From contig OX597821.1 in NCBI GenBank assembly GCA_951406725.2, positions 3,038,001-3,102,000 of the forward strand: a stretch of 64,000 nt of DNA, in the 5' to 3' direction. The notes under the pieces are model-generated. The model ran no database searches. It saw only the letters and a program-made list of their open reading frames with translations, and was not told where the DNA came from. The stretch is from Octopus vulgaris (taxonomy: Eukaryota). Shown here piece by piece: positions 12,346 to 25,627 of the stretch; the stretch's first letter is position 1; each line of letters starts with the position of its first letter. The position numbers were made by a program, and so were the translations under genes.

Positions 12346-12741
12346 TAGTTATCGCCAAGCTAACATGTCAGTCCAGAAAAATAGGACAAATGCTGCCGTT
12401 GATTAGCTCCAAGAGGCCATCGCCTCTAGCTAGCTATGCGCCATATAAAGTTGTGTGCATTATAACCTTCGAATAGGGGAGGTCATCAGCCTCTCCTTGC
12501 TGGTTTGGCATCACAGACTAGTTTCGAGGTCGTTGCCTCTTATCAATATGGAGTAGCCGATCCAGCAGGCATCGCTGCTGATCGACGGTTCGAAGTATTG
12601 TTAACCTAAATTCAGTGGAATACATCCTCTAGTTTTCAAAAATAGAAATATCCTTACTTCTAATTCTCTCTAAAAGAAACTAATCTGTAGATGCCAAACC
12701 AGCAAGGGGAACCTGCTGAACGCCCGTGTTCGAAGGTTATA
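12341..12741 (-). mobile_element. PLE pLTR remnant with partial inverted copy (~12450-12525 vs ~12677-12741) in (TA)n
   Basis: GAAACTA(G/A)TCTGT..GATGCCAAACCAGCAAGG..TTCGAAGGTTATA occurs on both strands. Confidence 0.7.
12512..12550 (-). ncRNA. Hammerhead motif with U3-A8 core (UUGAUAA)
   Basis: Minus strand: CATA-TTGATAA-GAGG-caacga-CCTC-GAAAC-TA-GTC-TGTG; stem I CAUA/UGUG; palindromic ACUAGU stem III; GUC site. Confidence 0.7.
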
Positions 12742-12749
12742 TGTATATA

Positions 12750-12797
<48 letters not shown>

Positions 12798-12870
12798 TAT
12801 ATATATACATGCATATACATACACAAGCTTACACACGCACACACAAGCTTACACACATATATATGTATAT

Positions 12871-13098
12871 AGTGAGAATTTACAAAAATTAAAAAAAAAC
12901 AACAAAAAAGAGAGGACGAAGACGGGTGTGTAAACAACAAACATATGTATTAGTTAAACGCTCGGGAAGTGAGAAAGTCTTTTACCTTCCGAATCTACGT
13001 TCTTCGAGTCTACATTTTTCGACAGAAAGGAACACAGAAATAAAGAGGGAGAGAAAATAGAAAACAAGGTTTAGTTGCCAGCGATCTCTCATTGCGAG
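12871..13098 (-). mobile_element. Family B copy 3, diverged
   Basis: Shares GACGAAGAC..GGTGTGTAAACAA..TGTATTAG..AACGCTCGGGAA..AAAGTCTTTTAC..ACAGAAAGG with copies 1 and 2. Confidence 0.7.
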
Positions 13099-13536
13099 TA
13101 TACATATACATATACATACATACTCCGAAATACAACCTTAAAATTAGTCCTACATCACATGTAATAAATATCCATCCACAATTCACAGTATTTACCAGTT
13201 TACAACCTCATTCCTGGCGTTGATAATTTTATTTGATATTTTACTTTGTAATCTCATTGTTTCTCTGCTCTCAAAGTATAGCACGCAATGTTCTTATGGA
13301 AAATGCTCAATCTCATGTGGTTGCAGTCCATTCAGATAAATTCGATATGTAGTATGGTATGGCTTTTAAACAAGAAACGGAGTGGCGTACTTTTCAAGCA
13401 AATCTATGTTATTCGCTTTCCTATACAGCTTAGAAACCGTGTTACGTTTCGAACGTAATAACTCTACGGCCTCCCCTGCAACTTAAGACATTCGTATAAA
13501 ATTTATCGTATACATACGTTCATTCACACACACACG

Positions 13537-13582
<46 letters not shown>

Positions 13583-13605
13583 TACATACTTTCATACATA
13601 CATAA

Positions 13606-13662
<57 letters not shown>

Positions 13663-13679
13663 ACATAAAATTTATAAGC

Positions 13680-13895
13680 CTGAAAGCTGCCAGAATCTTT
13701 AGCACGTCTGACAAAATGCTTACTGACATTTCATCTGTCTTTAACATTCTGAGCTGAAATTCTATCGAGGGCGAATTTTGCCTTTCGACCATTCCAGGAT
13801 TGGTGAAACAAGTCGAAGTTGACCGCTGGCGTCTGTATAATCGATTGACGTCTTTCTCCAAAAGTCTAAGTCTTGTGTCTAAAGTAGAAAAGAAA
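13680..13895 (+). mobile_element. SINE family A, diverged
   Basis: Head AGCTGCCAGAATC..TTAGCACG..AAATGCTTA..CATTTCATCTGTCTTTA as at 42373. Confidence 0.7.
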
Positions 13896-14189
13896 ATTGA
13901 GTGTGTATAAGTTCGAGAATGTTTCCTGCTACTACGTATCTATTGATACAAACTTCACTAAATCATACAATACACAGTGAACTTTAACTAATATTCACTG
14001 TTTGTTAATGATTCCCCAATTAATTATCTTGACAGAAATGTGATTATGTGTCTACATCTTCATCTATCTGTGTGTGTGTGTATGTGTGTATTGAGGTTAT
14101 GTTTCTGTGTATGTAGGCATCTTGCGTGCATTTCCTTCTATTAGTCTGTGTGTGGTGTGTGTGTTTGTTTAGATTTTCCCATTCAGTGA

Positions 14190-14360
14190 GGTGATGAGGA
14201 TGATGATGATGATGATGATGAAGATGATGAAGATGATGATGAGGATGGTGATGACGACTACGACGATGAATGTGTTGACAATCATGTTCATGATGATGAA
14301 AATGTTTATTGATGGAAACCACGGTGGTCCTTATTATATACGTAGGTGATAATGATGATG

Positions 14361-14396
<36 letters not shown>

Positions 14397-14445
14397 GTAT
14401 TGGTGATGGTGACAATGATGCTGCTGTTGATGATGGCGATGCGGT
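14190..14445. repeat. (GAT)n microsatellite region
   Basis: Directly visible. Confidence 0.9.
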
Positions 14446-16099
14446 GGTAGCGGTAGATATTCCCATGATCAGTCTAGCTGGGTTTCAGCGGAGAGAATTG
14501 TCTGTATGGAAAATGTGAGATAATTAGGCTTACATTTATAATAGTGCTCGCAATTTAAATGTTGTTGTTGTTGTTTTTGTGATGCTGATAGCGATTGGAG
14601 TAATGGAGAATATTATTTAAATCTATGTTAAAATGAAATAACGTTTTATAGATAGCCATATTGGTAAGTATTAATTTAAGATGTATTTTAATTAACATAG
14701 GCAATCGAGATTATTAAGAACATGACTGCCATCATTAGACATCATTAGCATAGTTATCATACGTAACTAACTCTGAATTTGCCCGGCTAGAAAATATTTA
14801 GTATTATAACGAGTGTGTTTATTGCCAGAACGATGATTGGTTTTGGTGCCAAGCAGTAAGAAATCATCGTGAATATGCATCTGTTATTGATTAAAATATT
14901 GCACTCAGCTAATTTGCTTAAATAGTTTAGTAAAAGGATCGACAAGATCTGGTCAATAGCCAGTTGTAGGGTCTTGAAGAGAATTATGAGGGAAGGGAGA
15001 TTTTATTGTCAGAATATTAGGACGGATGAATTGCTCGCAACAAATCTATTTTATCAGGGTTTCGTGCAGTTTGGCACATCGAAACAGAATTGTTTTTTTA
15101 AATTTCTGTTTATATTTTTCCATGAGGTAAGATTGCCAACGACACCCTCACCCCATTATTATTCTCTCACGGATCTTCTCACGGTGCAATGTTTGAAATT
15201 TAGAGTAAAGAAGGGTTAGAAAGTGAGATAGAGAGCGTGGGTGAGAGAGAAACAAAGAAAGAGAGTGCTATTAAAACAGCAGGAGAAAGAAAGATAGAGA
15301 TCAAGGTTGACGGAGCGAGAGAGAGAAAGAAAGAAAGAAAGAAAGAGAGACAGAAAGAAAGAAAGAAAGAGAGAGAGACAGGGATACCGACCGGAGGACT
15401 GCTTCTGATAAATTACTATTACTAGCGTTGGGATTTGAACGCTAAATGCAGAGAAGTGAAAATTATACTACAAGGCTTTCTGACCCTAGCTCTAAATGAT
15501 CTGTTAAATCAATATCTTTTGTTCAGTGCTTTAAGGAAAACTGGACTTCCCAAAGGATACTGAATCCAGCATCAAATCCAAGGTGTTATTGAGCTGGAAT
15601 ATAGACGAAAAGAAAAGAAGTTGACCATTGATGAGACTGCCACAGAACTTACATCTAACAATAAATGAATAAATAAATTAAATAAATGATTAATTAGCCA
15701 TGCTTTGGCAGAGCGAAAGCTATTTCCAAAGATAATTGCTCAGAGTGAAGGGTAGTGAGAGTGAACAAGTATCCACCTTGTGAGAAACCTACCTGTTAAC
15801 CGCGTAGCCATATTGGCAAAACAAAGTCTTCAAATTTCACATACACATGATGATGGCGATGAGAATGATGGTGTTGATGAAGCTTTGCGGGTGATGATGA
15901 TGATAAAGATGATTCTCGTGATGTGCTCTATTTATATTTATGCTTCACATATTCCTTTTTTTTCTAATTTTGTTCCTTATCACATTACAATTTTGTTTCT
16001 TTATTGCTGATATCGTTATCGATGTTGTTTAACTTTCACTAAATACGAAGACCGATGCAGGGCAGGTTTATAGATCTTAAAAGTATACTCTATGATCTG

Positions 16100-16218
16100 T
16101 AACTTTCCTCCTTTCGGCGGTCGATAAAATATATACCAGTTGAAAATTGGGGCCGAATTCATCGACTTAACCCATCCCCTGTAATTTCTGCCCTTCTGCC
16201 AAAAATTGAAATCATTAT
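16100..16218 (+). mobile_element. SINE family A 3' fragment
   Basis: CCTTTCGG..GGTCGATAAAAT..TACCAGTTGA..TGGGGCCGA..ATCGACTTA. Confidence 0.65.
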
Positions 16219-17199
16219 TTAGCACCATAAGTATTTCAGTTATGGAAAGCGACCTAACAATTTTGGTTGCTAGTGTGTCACATTAATATAATTAAACTCC
16301 AACCTCTAATTATTTCTATGTTGTAGTGAGAAAATGGAAGAGAGGAAGACAGAGAGAGTGACAGAGTGTCAGAAAGAGCGTGCCAGTTGAGCGAAGCGCT
16401 GAATTAATATATTACTGTATTTGTATAATTACTCCGTTTCCTTCATTCACTGCATGGCGAAGTGACTTAATTATATATATCATAGTTCCAGAGTTACATA
16501 AAAGTTGAACCATATGTGAAACTACTCAGATATATTCCTATTTGTATTAATCGATCTTCACACTCATTTAAATATCCTTATTAATAAAATGGCACAGAGA
16601 AGAGGCAGTGGTGGAAATATTAGGACAATCATGAGACTATATCAATTACGCTCTCCCATGTTTTCAGTTAAAATCAGATTGTGGTCAATTGCATTCATAA
16701 ATGAAGGAACGAATTATTAAATACATAAGATGAGATAATATTAATTAAGATATGCATGTAGCATGGTACACGCATTGTAATTGCATTAGATTGACTTCAT
16801 TTACATATGTTATTACTGCAGTTAATAAAATGCGATAACGTTATGAAAAAAAGGAGAATCGCCAAGTCATATTGTTTATTAAGTACAACTTATCGCTTTG
16901 TTGAATCCAGGTTTATTTAGCTTGGAAGGCTTCTATTTAGGCTTTAAATTAGCGGAACCGAATAGGTTCGATAGCTGGTTGGAAATGAATCATTAAGGAC
17001 ACATTATTGGTGTTATAATTGTAATATGCGTGGTATAACAAACATTTTGAATGTTATTCAAAATGGTATTAGCTTCATATTTCGGGCAACGAAAACAGCA
17101 CTTTTACAGATAATAGCTTATATAAGTGCTGAATTCATGTGATATGTATGTGAGATTGCATCACTCAAATCAACCACAAACTAATAAAATCTTTCCCCT

Positions 17200-17600
17200 T
17201 TCAAAGATCACTCTGGATTCCTTTGATTTCTAGAGGAAACAGAATCTGTTCCGGTGTTTTAAATTGTTGTATATGCTTATCTAACCACGGAATGTGTTAT
17301 ATGTTATATTGAATTAAGAATTTAGAGAGAGGTCACCTGCTTCAAATATTTCTGCTTATATAGCTAAATTTGCTCATTTTCTTACCCTGGCCAATGTCAC
17401 TAGTTCTTCTAACTTTATTATTAAGTTGCCTCTACACAATTTGATCAATATTCGTATCATATATGATTGTCAGAATCATAGCTCAGTACAAATCTGATAA
17501 TTCCTGTACTGCCTGAATATATTTATACAAAGTAACCAGGGACTAATAAGACAACATGGGGTCAGGCTCCATAGCATTTAGATGTTCACTAGAAGTTGTC
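17200..17600 (-). pseudogene. Possible highly degraded LINE RT fragment
   Basis: Only weak motif remnants (P..LISP.L; FSYIS) across stops and frameshifts. Confidence 0.25.
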
Positions 17601-17804
17601 TGAAGTAATGAAATTAAACAGTTAATGTTAGAGTATGATAATACTCTGTGATTGATAGAACTCGCATTAATATAGGATTGTCCAATCTCAAATGACAGAG
17701 GTATCTACGTAGTTTGGTACAAGCAATGTTGAAACATTTCAATGGGAAATTTGAAATTCCAGAAATTAAACAGGGAAACTGAATATAATGTAATCACATA
17801 GAAG

Positions 17805-18030
17805 GGAGTGGGAAGAGGCTGAGAAGTTCCAGGGTTTTGGTAACAGGAAATACAGAAGAATCAGTTAATTATGGATTAATTCAACGTATATCCCTATCAG
17901 ATTCACGCACTTATTGCAGCGGTCCTTCAGTTTTCTAAGGCCTGTGAAAGAACAGGGAATGATGGGCCACCACCTAGGCCTTTCGCGATACTCTTAAGGT
18001 CAGTAAAGCTTCAAGAGCCTCTCGTGTATT
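17805..18030. mobile_element. Mariner-like terminal fragment
   Basis: GAGG..CTGAGAAGTTCC terminus-like sequence followed by CACTTATTGCAGCGGTCC, which resembles the antisense transposase end (RWxKC). Confidence 0.45.
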
Positions 18031-18439
18031 GAATTAATAAGTCATAGAGGTATAAAATTCTTTAAATTATCATCTAAGTACTACATATAAGTAAGAAAGA
18101 TATATGCAGGTGATGTGTATATTTGCTGTCACTGTAATACAATTGACCAGGTACATCTCTCAATCATCAGTTTTTGATAACTCATTGTGTTCTAAGAAAG
18201 ACTATGAAAAATTAATCGCTGGACTTTTCCCCCAGCTTTTTATCGAATACCCAATTAAAGACAAATGGATATACAGAGAAGAGATCAATTATAGAGGAGA
18301 TTATGTAATATCAGTATAAGAGGCTGTTGTTTCGGAAATTTAGGTAGGATTACTTTCAGTCATGCACTGACGTCAATTCAACTGATTGTATTATTCTGAC
18401 ATCCACAACCCTTGGGGAAAATAATTCACGCAACAGTTG

Positions 18440-18658
18440 AATATTTGTATCATCTCGTCCTTAATATATTTGAAAAGGCAATCTATTCTGCCTTTTCATT
18501 TCCTGGTATCGTTAAGAACAAATCCAGCAACTCGAAGATAATACTATTAAAATTGTTGTTAATTTTGACGAAAATATCAACACTCACTGCATAGGCTATT
18601 TGTTGATGATGGTTATGATGATGACGATGATGATGACGACGATGACGACGACGATGGC

Positions 18659-18690
<32 letters not shown>

Positions 18691-19321
18691 CGATGATGAT
18701 AAATGAAAAGGAAAAAAAAAAACATTTGCATAGGATTCCTTAAAACCGATCAGCATTGCATTTGTGGGTCACAACTCAGAACACATCTCCAGCTGTCCAC
18801 AACTCTCAAACTGTGACGAATATACAAAACCCATCCACTCATTCTATACCTCTATCCTTATTCTCTCTGTTCCTCTGTCTTTCTCTCTCTTATTCTCCTT
18901 GTACGCTCTCTCCCAACATCTCCCTTATTTCTTACTCACCTTTCCACCGCTCTCTCCCTCTCCATTTCCAGCAGTGCAAACGAATCTATCTTCTCTTCAG
19001 TTAGATACGTATTTTCACCTCCCCATTTAACATACATGAATGAGGAGGCCTTGTTTCTTATATTGTATAGCAGTTACTGATAGACATTCATGAGAGAGTT
19101 ATACTGTAAATAGGTTTCAAGAAATAAAGGGAACCCGTGCCTGAGAGGAAATGCAGTTATAATAATGTTATGATAAAGTTATGATTCAGTTAAAAGACAT
19201 ATTATGCTCACGCTATAAGACACGTGACGTAAACAAAATTTTATGTATAGAAAAAAGACTAAGGATTTATGTAACTTTAACTCACAATGTTCCTCATTTT
19301 CAAAGTCTATCTGCCACTCGC

Positions 19322-19362
<41 letters not shown>

Positions 19363-19831
19363 TGGTGTTTGTATATCTTTCAGAGACAAAATGTGTATGT
19401 GTTTGCATATATATATATGTATGTGTGTGTGTTTTGTGTGTGTATACACGTCGTTTTGAATTAGAGATAATTACATTTGAATTGGAATATTAATTTAATA
19501 ATTTCGACTTGATGAATGTAAAGAAAAAAAAAAGTTTTTGAAAAACACTACACAAACTATATAAAATATTTTGTCATTGATATCCAATATTTTCTTGCAT
19601 AAATTCTCTAAAACAAAATATTTGTATCATCTCGTCCTTAATATATTTGAAAAGGCAATCTATTCTGCCTTTTCATTTCCTGGTATCGTTAAGAACAAAT
19701 CCAGCAACTCGAAGAAATACTATTAAAATTGTTGTTAATTTTGACGAAAATATCAACACTCACTGCATATATTTGTTGATGATGGTTATGATGATGACGA
19801 TGATGATGACGACGATGACGACGACGATGGC

Positions 19832-19863
<32 letters not shown>

Positions 19864-20494
19864 CGATGATGATAAATGAAAAGGAAAAAAAAAAACATTT
19901 GCATAGGATTCCTTAAAACCGATCAGCATTGCATTTGTGGGTCACAACTCAGAACACATCTCCAGCTGTCCACAACTCTCAAACTGTGACGAATATACAA
20001 AACCCATCCACTCATTCTATACCTCTATCCTTATTCTCTCTGTTCCTCTGTCTTTCTCTCTCTTATTCTCCTTGTACGCTCTCTCCCAACATCTCCCTTA
20101 TTTCTTACTCACCTTTCCACCGCTCTCTCCCTCTCCATTTCCAGCAGTGCAAACGAATCTATCTTCTCTTCAGTTAGATACGTATTTTCACCTCCCCATT
20201 TAACATACATGAATGAGGAGGCCTTGTTTCTTATATTGTATAGCAGTTACTGATAGACATTCATGAGAGAGTTATACTGTAAATAGGTTTCAAGAAATAA
20301 AGGGAACCCGTGCCTGAGAGGAAATGCAGTTATAATAATGTTATGATAAAGTTATGATTCAGTTAAAAGACATATTATGCTCACGCTATAAGACACGTGA
20401 CGTAAACAAAATTTTATGTATAGAAAAAAGACTAAGGATTTATGTAACTTTAACTCACAATGTTCCTCATTTTCAAAGTCTATCTGCCACTCGC

Positions 20495-20537
<43 letters not shown>

Positions 20538-20785
20538 TGGTGTTTGTATATCTTTCAGAGACAAAATGTGTATGTGTTTGCATATATATATATGTATGTG
20601 TGTGTGTTTGTGTGTGTATACACGTCGTTTTGAATTAGAGATAATTACATTTGAATTGGAATATTAATTTAATAATTGATGACTGTGATGAAAAAAAAAG
20701 TTTTTGAAAAACACTACACAAACTATATAAAATATTTTGTCATTGATATCCAATATTTTCTTGCATAAATTCTCTACAACAAAAT
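18440..20785. repeat. Direct tandem duplication of ~1.17 kb (18440-19619 / 19617-20785)
   Basis: Identical ORF translations offset by 1173 bp (18756 vs 19929; 19181 vs 20354); AAT overlap at the junction. Confidence 0.95.
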
Positions 20786-21281
20786 GAAGCGATATCAATC
20801 AGAGAGGCTTTTCAAGAATGTCTAAGTTTACATTCTTCACCATATTCCGTGTTATAATTACAGCATATTGTATTCCTCACATTTAGAAATAACAGATTTG
20901 ATTGGTTGCGAGGCCTAAAAGATTAAGATCTAAATTTTCTTTGATTCAATGTCTGCTACTCTCAGTGACTGCCTTTTATTTTCTTGGCTTGCGTCTTTCT
21001 TGCAAACTTTATTATATATTAATTTAATTTTATTTTTCTTCTTGTTCTGTCATTCGTCATATTCACGTATTTCCTTTCTTCAGATCGATTTTCTTTAATT
21101 CCTTCCTCTGCAGTTATCTAACTTTCTCATTTTCTTTCAGGATTTACTTTCAATAGACATATCGTTTGGATTCTTAAGGTATATGCCAGCCTGTATTTGA
21201 AGAATAGTCGTCGATTAGGAATAATTTCAATCTACTATCGTCAGATTCTGACGCATATATGTGCGTGTATGAGTGCGGGTA

Positions 21282-21339
21282 TGTGTGTGTATGCGTATCA
21301 ACTTGTTTATCTATTTAGGTTTACAATCGTAACTTTGTG

Positions 21340-21392
<53 letters not shown>

Positions 21393-21453
21393 CATACACA
21401 AAGTTACGATTGTAAACCTAAATAGATAAACAAGTGGATAGGCATACACACAC
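21282..21453. repeat. Palindrome centred on (TA)n
   Basis: 21301-21344 is the exact reverse complement of 21392-21435, around ~47 nt of (TA)n; imperfect pairing extends outward. Confidence 0.9.
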
Positions 21454-21497
21454 AAGCGCACGCACACACACACATATATATATACGCATATGTATGT

Positions 21498-21542
<45 letters not shown>

Positions 21543-22124
21543 CATGCATACATGCATATATATATATAAATATATGTATATATATATGTATATATATATG
21601 TATATATATATATGTATATATATATATACATAGATACATATATATACACGTTTGTGTTGTGTGTGTGTATGTGTAGTTAACTCAAAATATGTATGATTTT
21701 GAAATCTCAATCTTATTGGAAAAAAATATATAGCATGATTTTCAAAAATTTTATTTCTGTTTATTGAAACATAAAGCAAATGACAAGTCAATGCTGCTGA
21801 ATAGCAATGCATTATGATGAGAATGTAGTTGTATTTAGGAGAGGCTGGCACGAAGCGTACTGCGGGGTTAAACCTTTAATGACTCAGTTCTGAAGATGCT
21901 TCAAAATACAAAATATTATAGGTGACGGACTTTTATGAAATCAGGAAAAATTCCAAAACGGTGAGAGTCAGCGTCTAACAAATCTCGTTAACCACACGTA
22001 CTTCACAATCATCTTGCGTAAGATGCAGAATATCGATCCGCATCGTACATGAAAATAATAATATACTATTATGGATTAAGTGATTTAGCTCATCGCTGTG
22101 AAAACATGTATCTTCAGTAGAAAT

Positions 22125-24030
22125 TCACGATGCCCTTGTTGCCTGCACGAGCGCAAGTTAATCGGTTTATATGGCCTGCCCGATGAAATTTACGTAAATA
22201 TGCCAGGCTTGTTCTCCGATCTTGTCAACGCGCTCTAGTGCAACTGGCAACAGAACGGGAGTATTCCTAGTTCTGTGAGCTGGGTTGTAGTGACGCTGAT
22301 AATGTAAGACAAAATCAAGAGGGACAAGAGTTTAAGATTTTAGCCAAGGTATTAGCAAAGGGGCTGGCACTTGTCATCGAGGATTTCGTTGGAGAGGCGC
22401 AAACCTGTGCAATCCCGACTAGGTCCATACATGACAACCTCGACCTCATACGATAAATAATAGAAAGTATAGGGTTCATACCTGGATTCACTGGGTCGCT
22501 GATCAATTTAGATCAATCGAAAGCATTCGATAAGGGCGACCATCGATTTGTAGATGCTGTCCTCAAAGTGGTTGTCTTAGAGTTAGAGTCGTATTCGGTG
22601 GTCAAAATTAATGGCCACCTCTCAGAAGCATTTCAGAACTCCCGATTGGTCTTTCAATGCCGCACCGTCTCCTATCTTCTGTACGTATTTACTCTTGAGC
22701 CTTTACTGCGGAAGCTTCAGCTCTCTGCAGGCCATCCAGCTCGAAACGTGACGCAGAAGGGTTGTGTCGGCATATGCGGACGATATCTCAGTGATGTCGG
22801 ACACCTCAGAATTGAAATGTTCGACACATCTTTGGACGAATATGAAAAGTTGACGGGAACAAAGCTTAACCCGGAAAAGTCGTTGGGCTTGAAACTCGGC
22901 ACCTGGTGAAGCAAGTCCATGCTGTCCAACTACGTTGCTGGGCGCTGGACGGACGGAACGGTAGAGTTACTTGGGGATAGTTGTTAGGAATAGACCTAAT
23001 AGTTGTTAGGATGAGAATCGGTACGAGGTGAGGGAAGGGTATCAAGTCTCACCCAGAAATGGGCTAAGAGGAAGATATCATTGAAAGGACGGGCGAAGGT
23101 GGTGAATGACTGTCGTGCCTTGCCCCTGATTGCGTCACGCCAATTTGGAACACCTCGACTTCAAATACTTGTAAGGGGACAGGTTCTATTGGCGATGCTG
23201 TCCATTTGCTGCCAATACTCTCTACGCGGAGGGCAGGGCATACCTTGGCTAATGATGCACAGATATGGTCTGAGGATACGGCATCTCCAGATATTCTGTC
23301 TAAACGGTGAACAGGAGCTGTTTCCATTTGTCAAACAGGCCTTTCCGCAGTTCGTCTTCTTGACCGAGCTGCTATCTCGGTCAAGAAGAGGCCAAGAGAG
23401 GGAGACTACCATCTGGAATGTTGGTAAGCACTCATAAGCCTAACCCTCTACCAGTCGTGCGATGCGATACGTGGAACATCCACTCTTGAGTTCAATAGAG
23501 GGTTAGTGGGGGGGGGGGCGATGATGCAGTTGGAGAGACATCAGGCGTGGACGAAGTCGGAGTGACCGGTCTATTCTGGAGGTCTTTAGAACCGGGGATG
23601 ACGGAAAACTTCCAGAAATCCTTGGTATTGCTACCGGGGGACACTGCTGGTTCGAGAGAAACTCTGCAGGCAAGGACCAGTTGTTAGATGGCCCTGCCTG
23701 AAATGCGCGCAGAGCGACGAAATCGTTCTGCACGCACTCGTCCAGTGTCCTAGCATTATTGACATTTGGAGTCATGTTGATAGCTGGCTATCGGCTGAGT
23801 CCATAGTGAAGATCGATCTGCAGCCTTCCGTCTGATAGCAGTAGTGAAAGAGGTTGTATGATGGACGAAGCTGAAAGGACTGCAGACAGACACTCTCCTC
23901 TTTGGCCAATCCCTCATCATCTTTTTCAAATTTCACTTGGAAAGGAAGATGAGGGTGGAGAGAGAAGTGCTGCCTTCCAGTACACATGCTAAAAGTTGGA
24001 TGAATGTAGCGAAAATAGCCCTGGTTGGTG
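22125..24030 (+). mobile_element. L1/Tx1-clade LINE ORF2 (RT plus C-terminal Cys/His motif), degraded
   Basis: KILAKVLA..IEDFVGEAQTCAIPTRSIHDNL..LINLDQSKAFDK.DH; LLYVFTLEPLLRKL; YEKLTGTKLNPEKS; PCLKCAQSDEIVLHALVQCP near 23690-23750. Confidence 0.85.
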
Positions 24031-25193
24031 GGCCTACTATAATAATGCACCTGGAGGCTAGTGAATCTGACATTTGATATACTAGGAGCTTATATTTTAG
24101 ATACCATAGAATTGGGAAATATCGGAACGTAGCCCCTGAAAATTCTTAGAATCTGAATTTTATTGGAAATGAGACTTCCATTGTCGATCTGTAGAAAATC
24201 TTGGTCTAGTATTCAGCAAGGTTTCAACTGAACGCTCTTGACATATGGGACTTCCTCCGCAACATTTCAATTTCTCGTTTCTGGTGTAAGGACAAAGTAA
24301 TTTTTCATAAATTATTGACTTTAAACTCTGTCTTTTTCCATATTGAGTATCTATCTCTACGATAAGGAATGTGGAGAAGAAGTTCGAACATTATTTTGAA
24401 CGAATGCTGAGTTATAGATCTGTTGATGACAATCTTACGCCATATTTTAGTGGGACTGCAAGCAGTCTTCGATAATTTGAGTTAAATTATTTTGAAAAAG
24501 ATATAATACTTTAACTGTATATGTGGTTTTTATCCATCCTAAAATTAAAGGCGTAAGATAAAAAAAATATTGGAAAATGAAACATCATCAGGAATCAATA
24601 GACATGTCTCCGGGCCTCAAAACTCTATATTATGTGAAAATAGTGAAATAGCAGTTTGTTCCCCAAAATGCATGAAATATTATAATAATAACCGAAGTTG
24701 TTTTAACGTAATGCAACTTGTCGTACATTCTCAGCTCTCTCTTTCTCACTCCTATCTCGCTCTCCTCTGTATATATACTCATATGTATGTGTATTTGCAT
24801 CTCTACATATGTACGTATATGTACACATGTATGCATGTGTACCACACACAAGAACGCACACACTCAACAGGAAGGCAGATACACACGCATAAATATATGC
24901 ATGCGTAAACATATATATATAGAGAGAGAGCGAGAAAGAGAGGGACAGGGCGAGACAGAAAGATAGAGAGTGATATGGTAATATAGTTACATAGAGTGAC
25001 AGTTAGATATAGATATGTTATTCATTATAATTTAAATATGTATGTTGAAATGATCCTATCTATTTATCTATCTATATATCTATCTATATATATATATATA
25101 TATATATATCTACATGTCTCTCTCCTTCTCACTCTGGATATATATATGTGATATATGTTTATATTCATATATGTATAATGTTTGTGTATGTAT

Positions 25194-25260
<67 letters not shown>

Positions 25261-25270
25261 TATAAAAATA

Positions 25271-25314
<44 letters not shown>

Positions 25315-25581
25315 CATATATATATACATATATACATATATACATATATATATATATACATGAGGTGTGAGATTCAGGCGTGCTTATTAGAAATTTTCTG
25401 CTTTCGTTTCATGAAGTGGAAAAAGCAGGAATTATAACGAGGAATTTTACGCGTTAATGCGTTAATATCGAATATTATCAAAAGAAAATTGAGTCCTGCA
25501 AAACAGTTTCCGTTTCCTTGTACGAAAGCACCTATTTCACGGGAAGTACCACTGCATTTTGAAAGGATTTTAGTCGGTATA

Positions 25582-25627
<46 letters not shown>

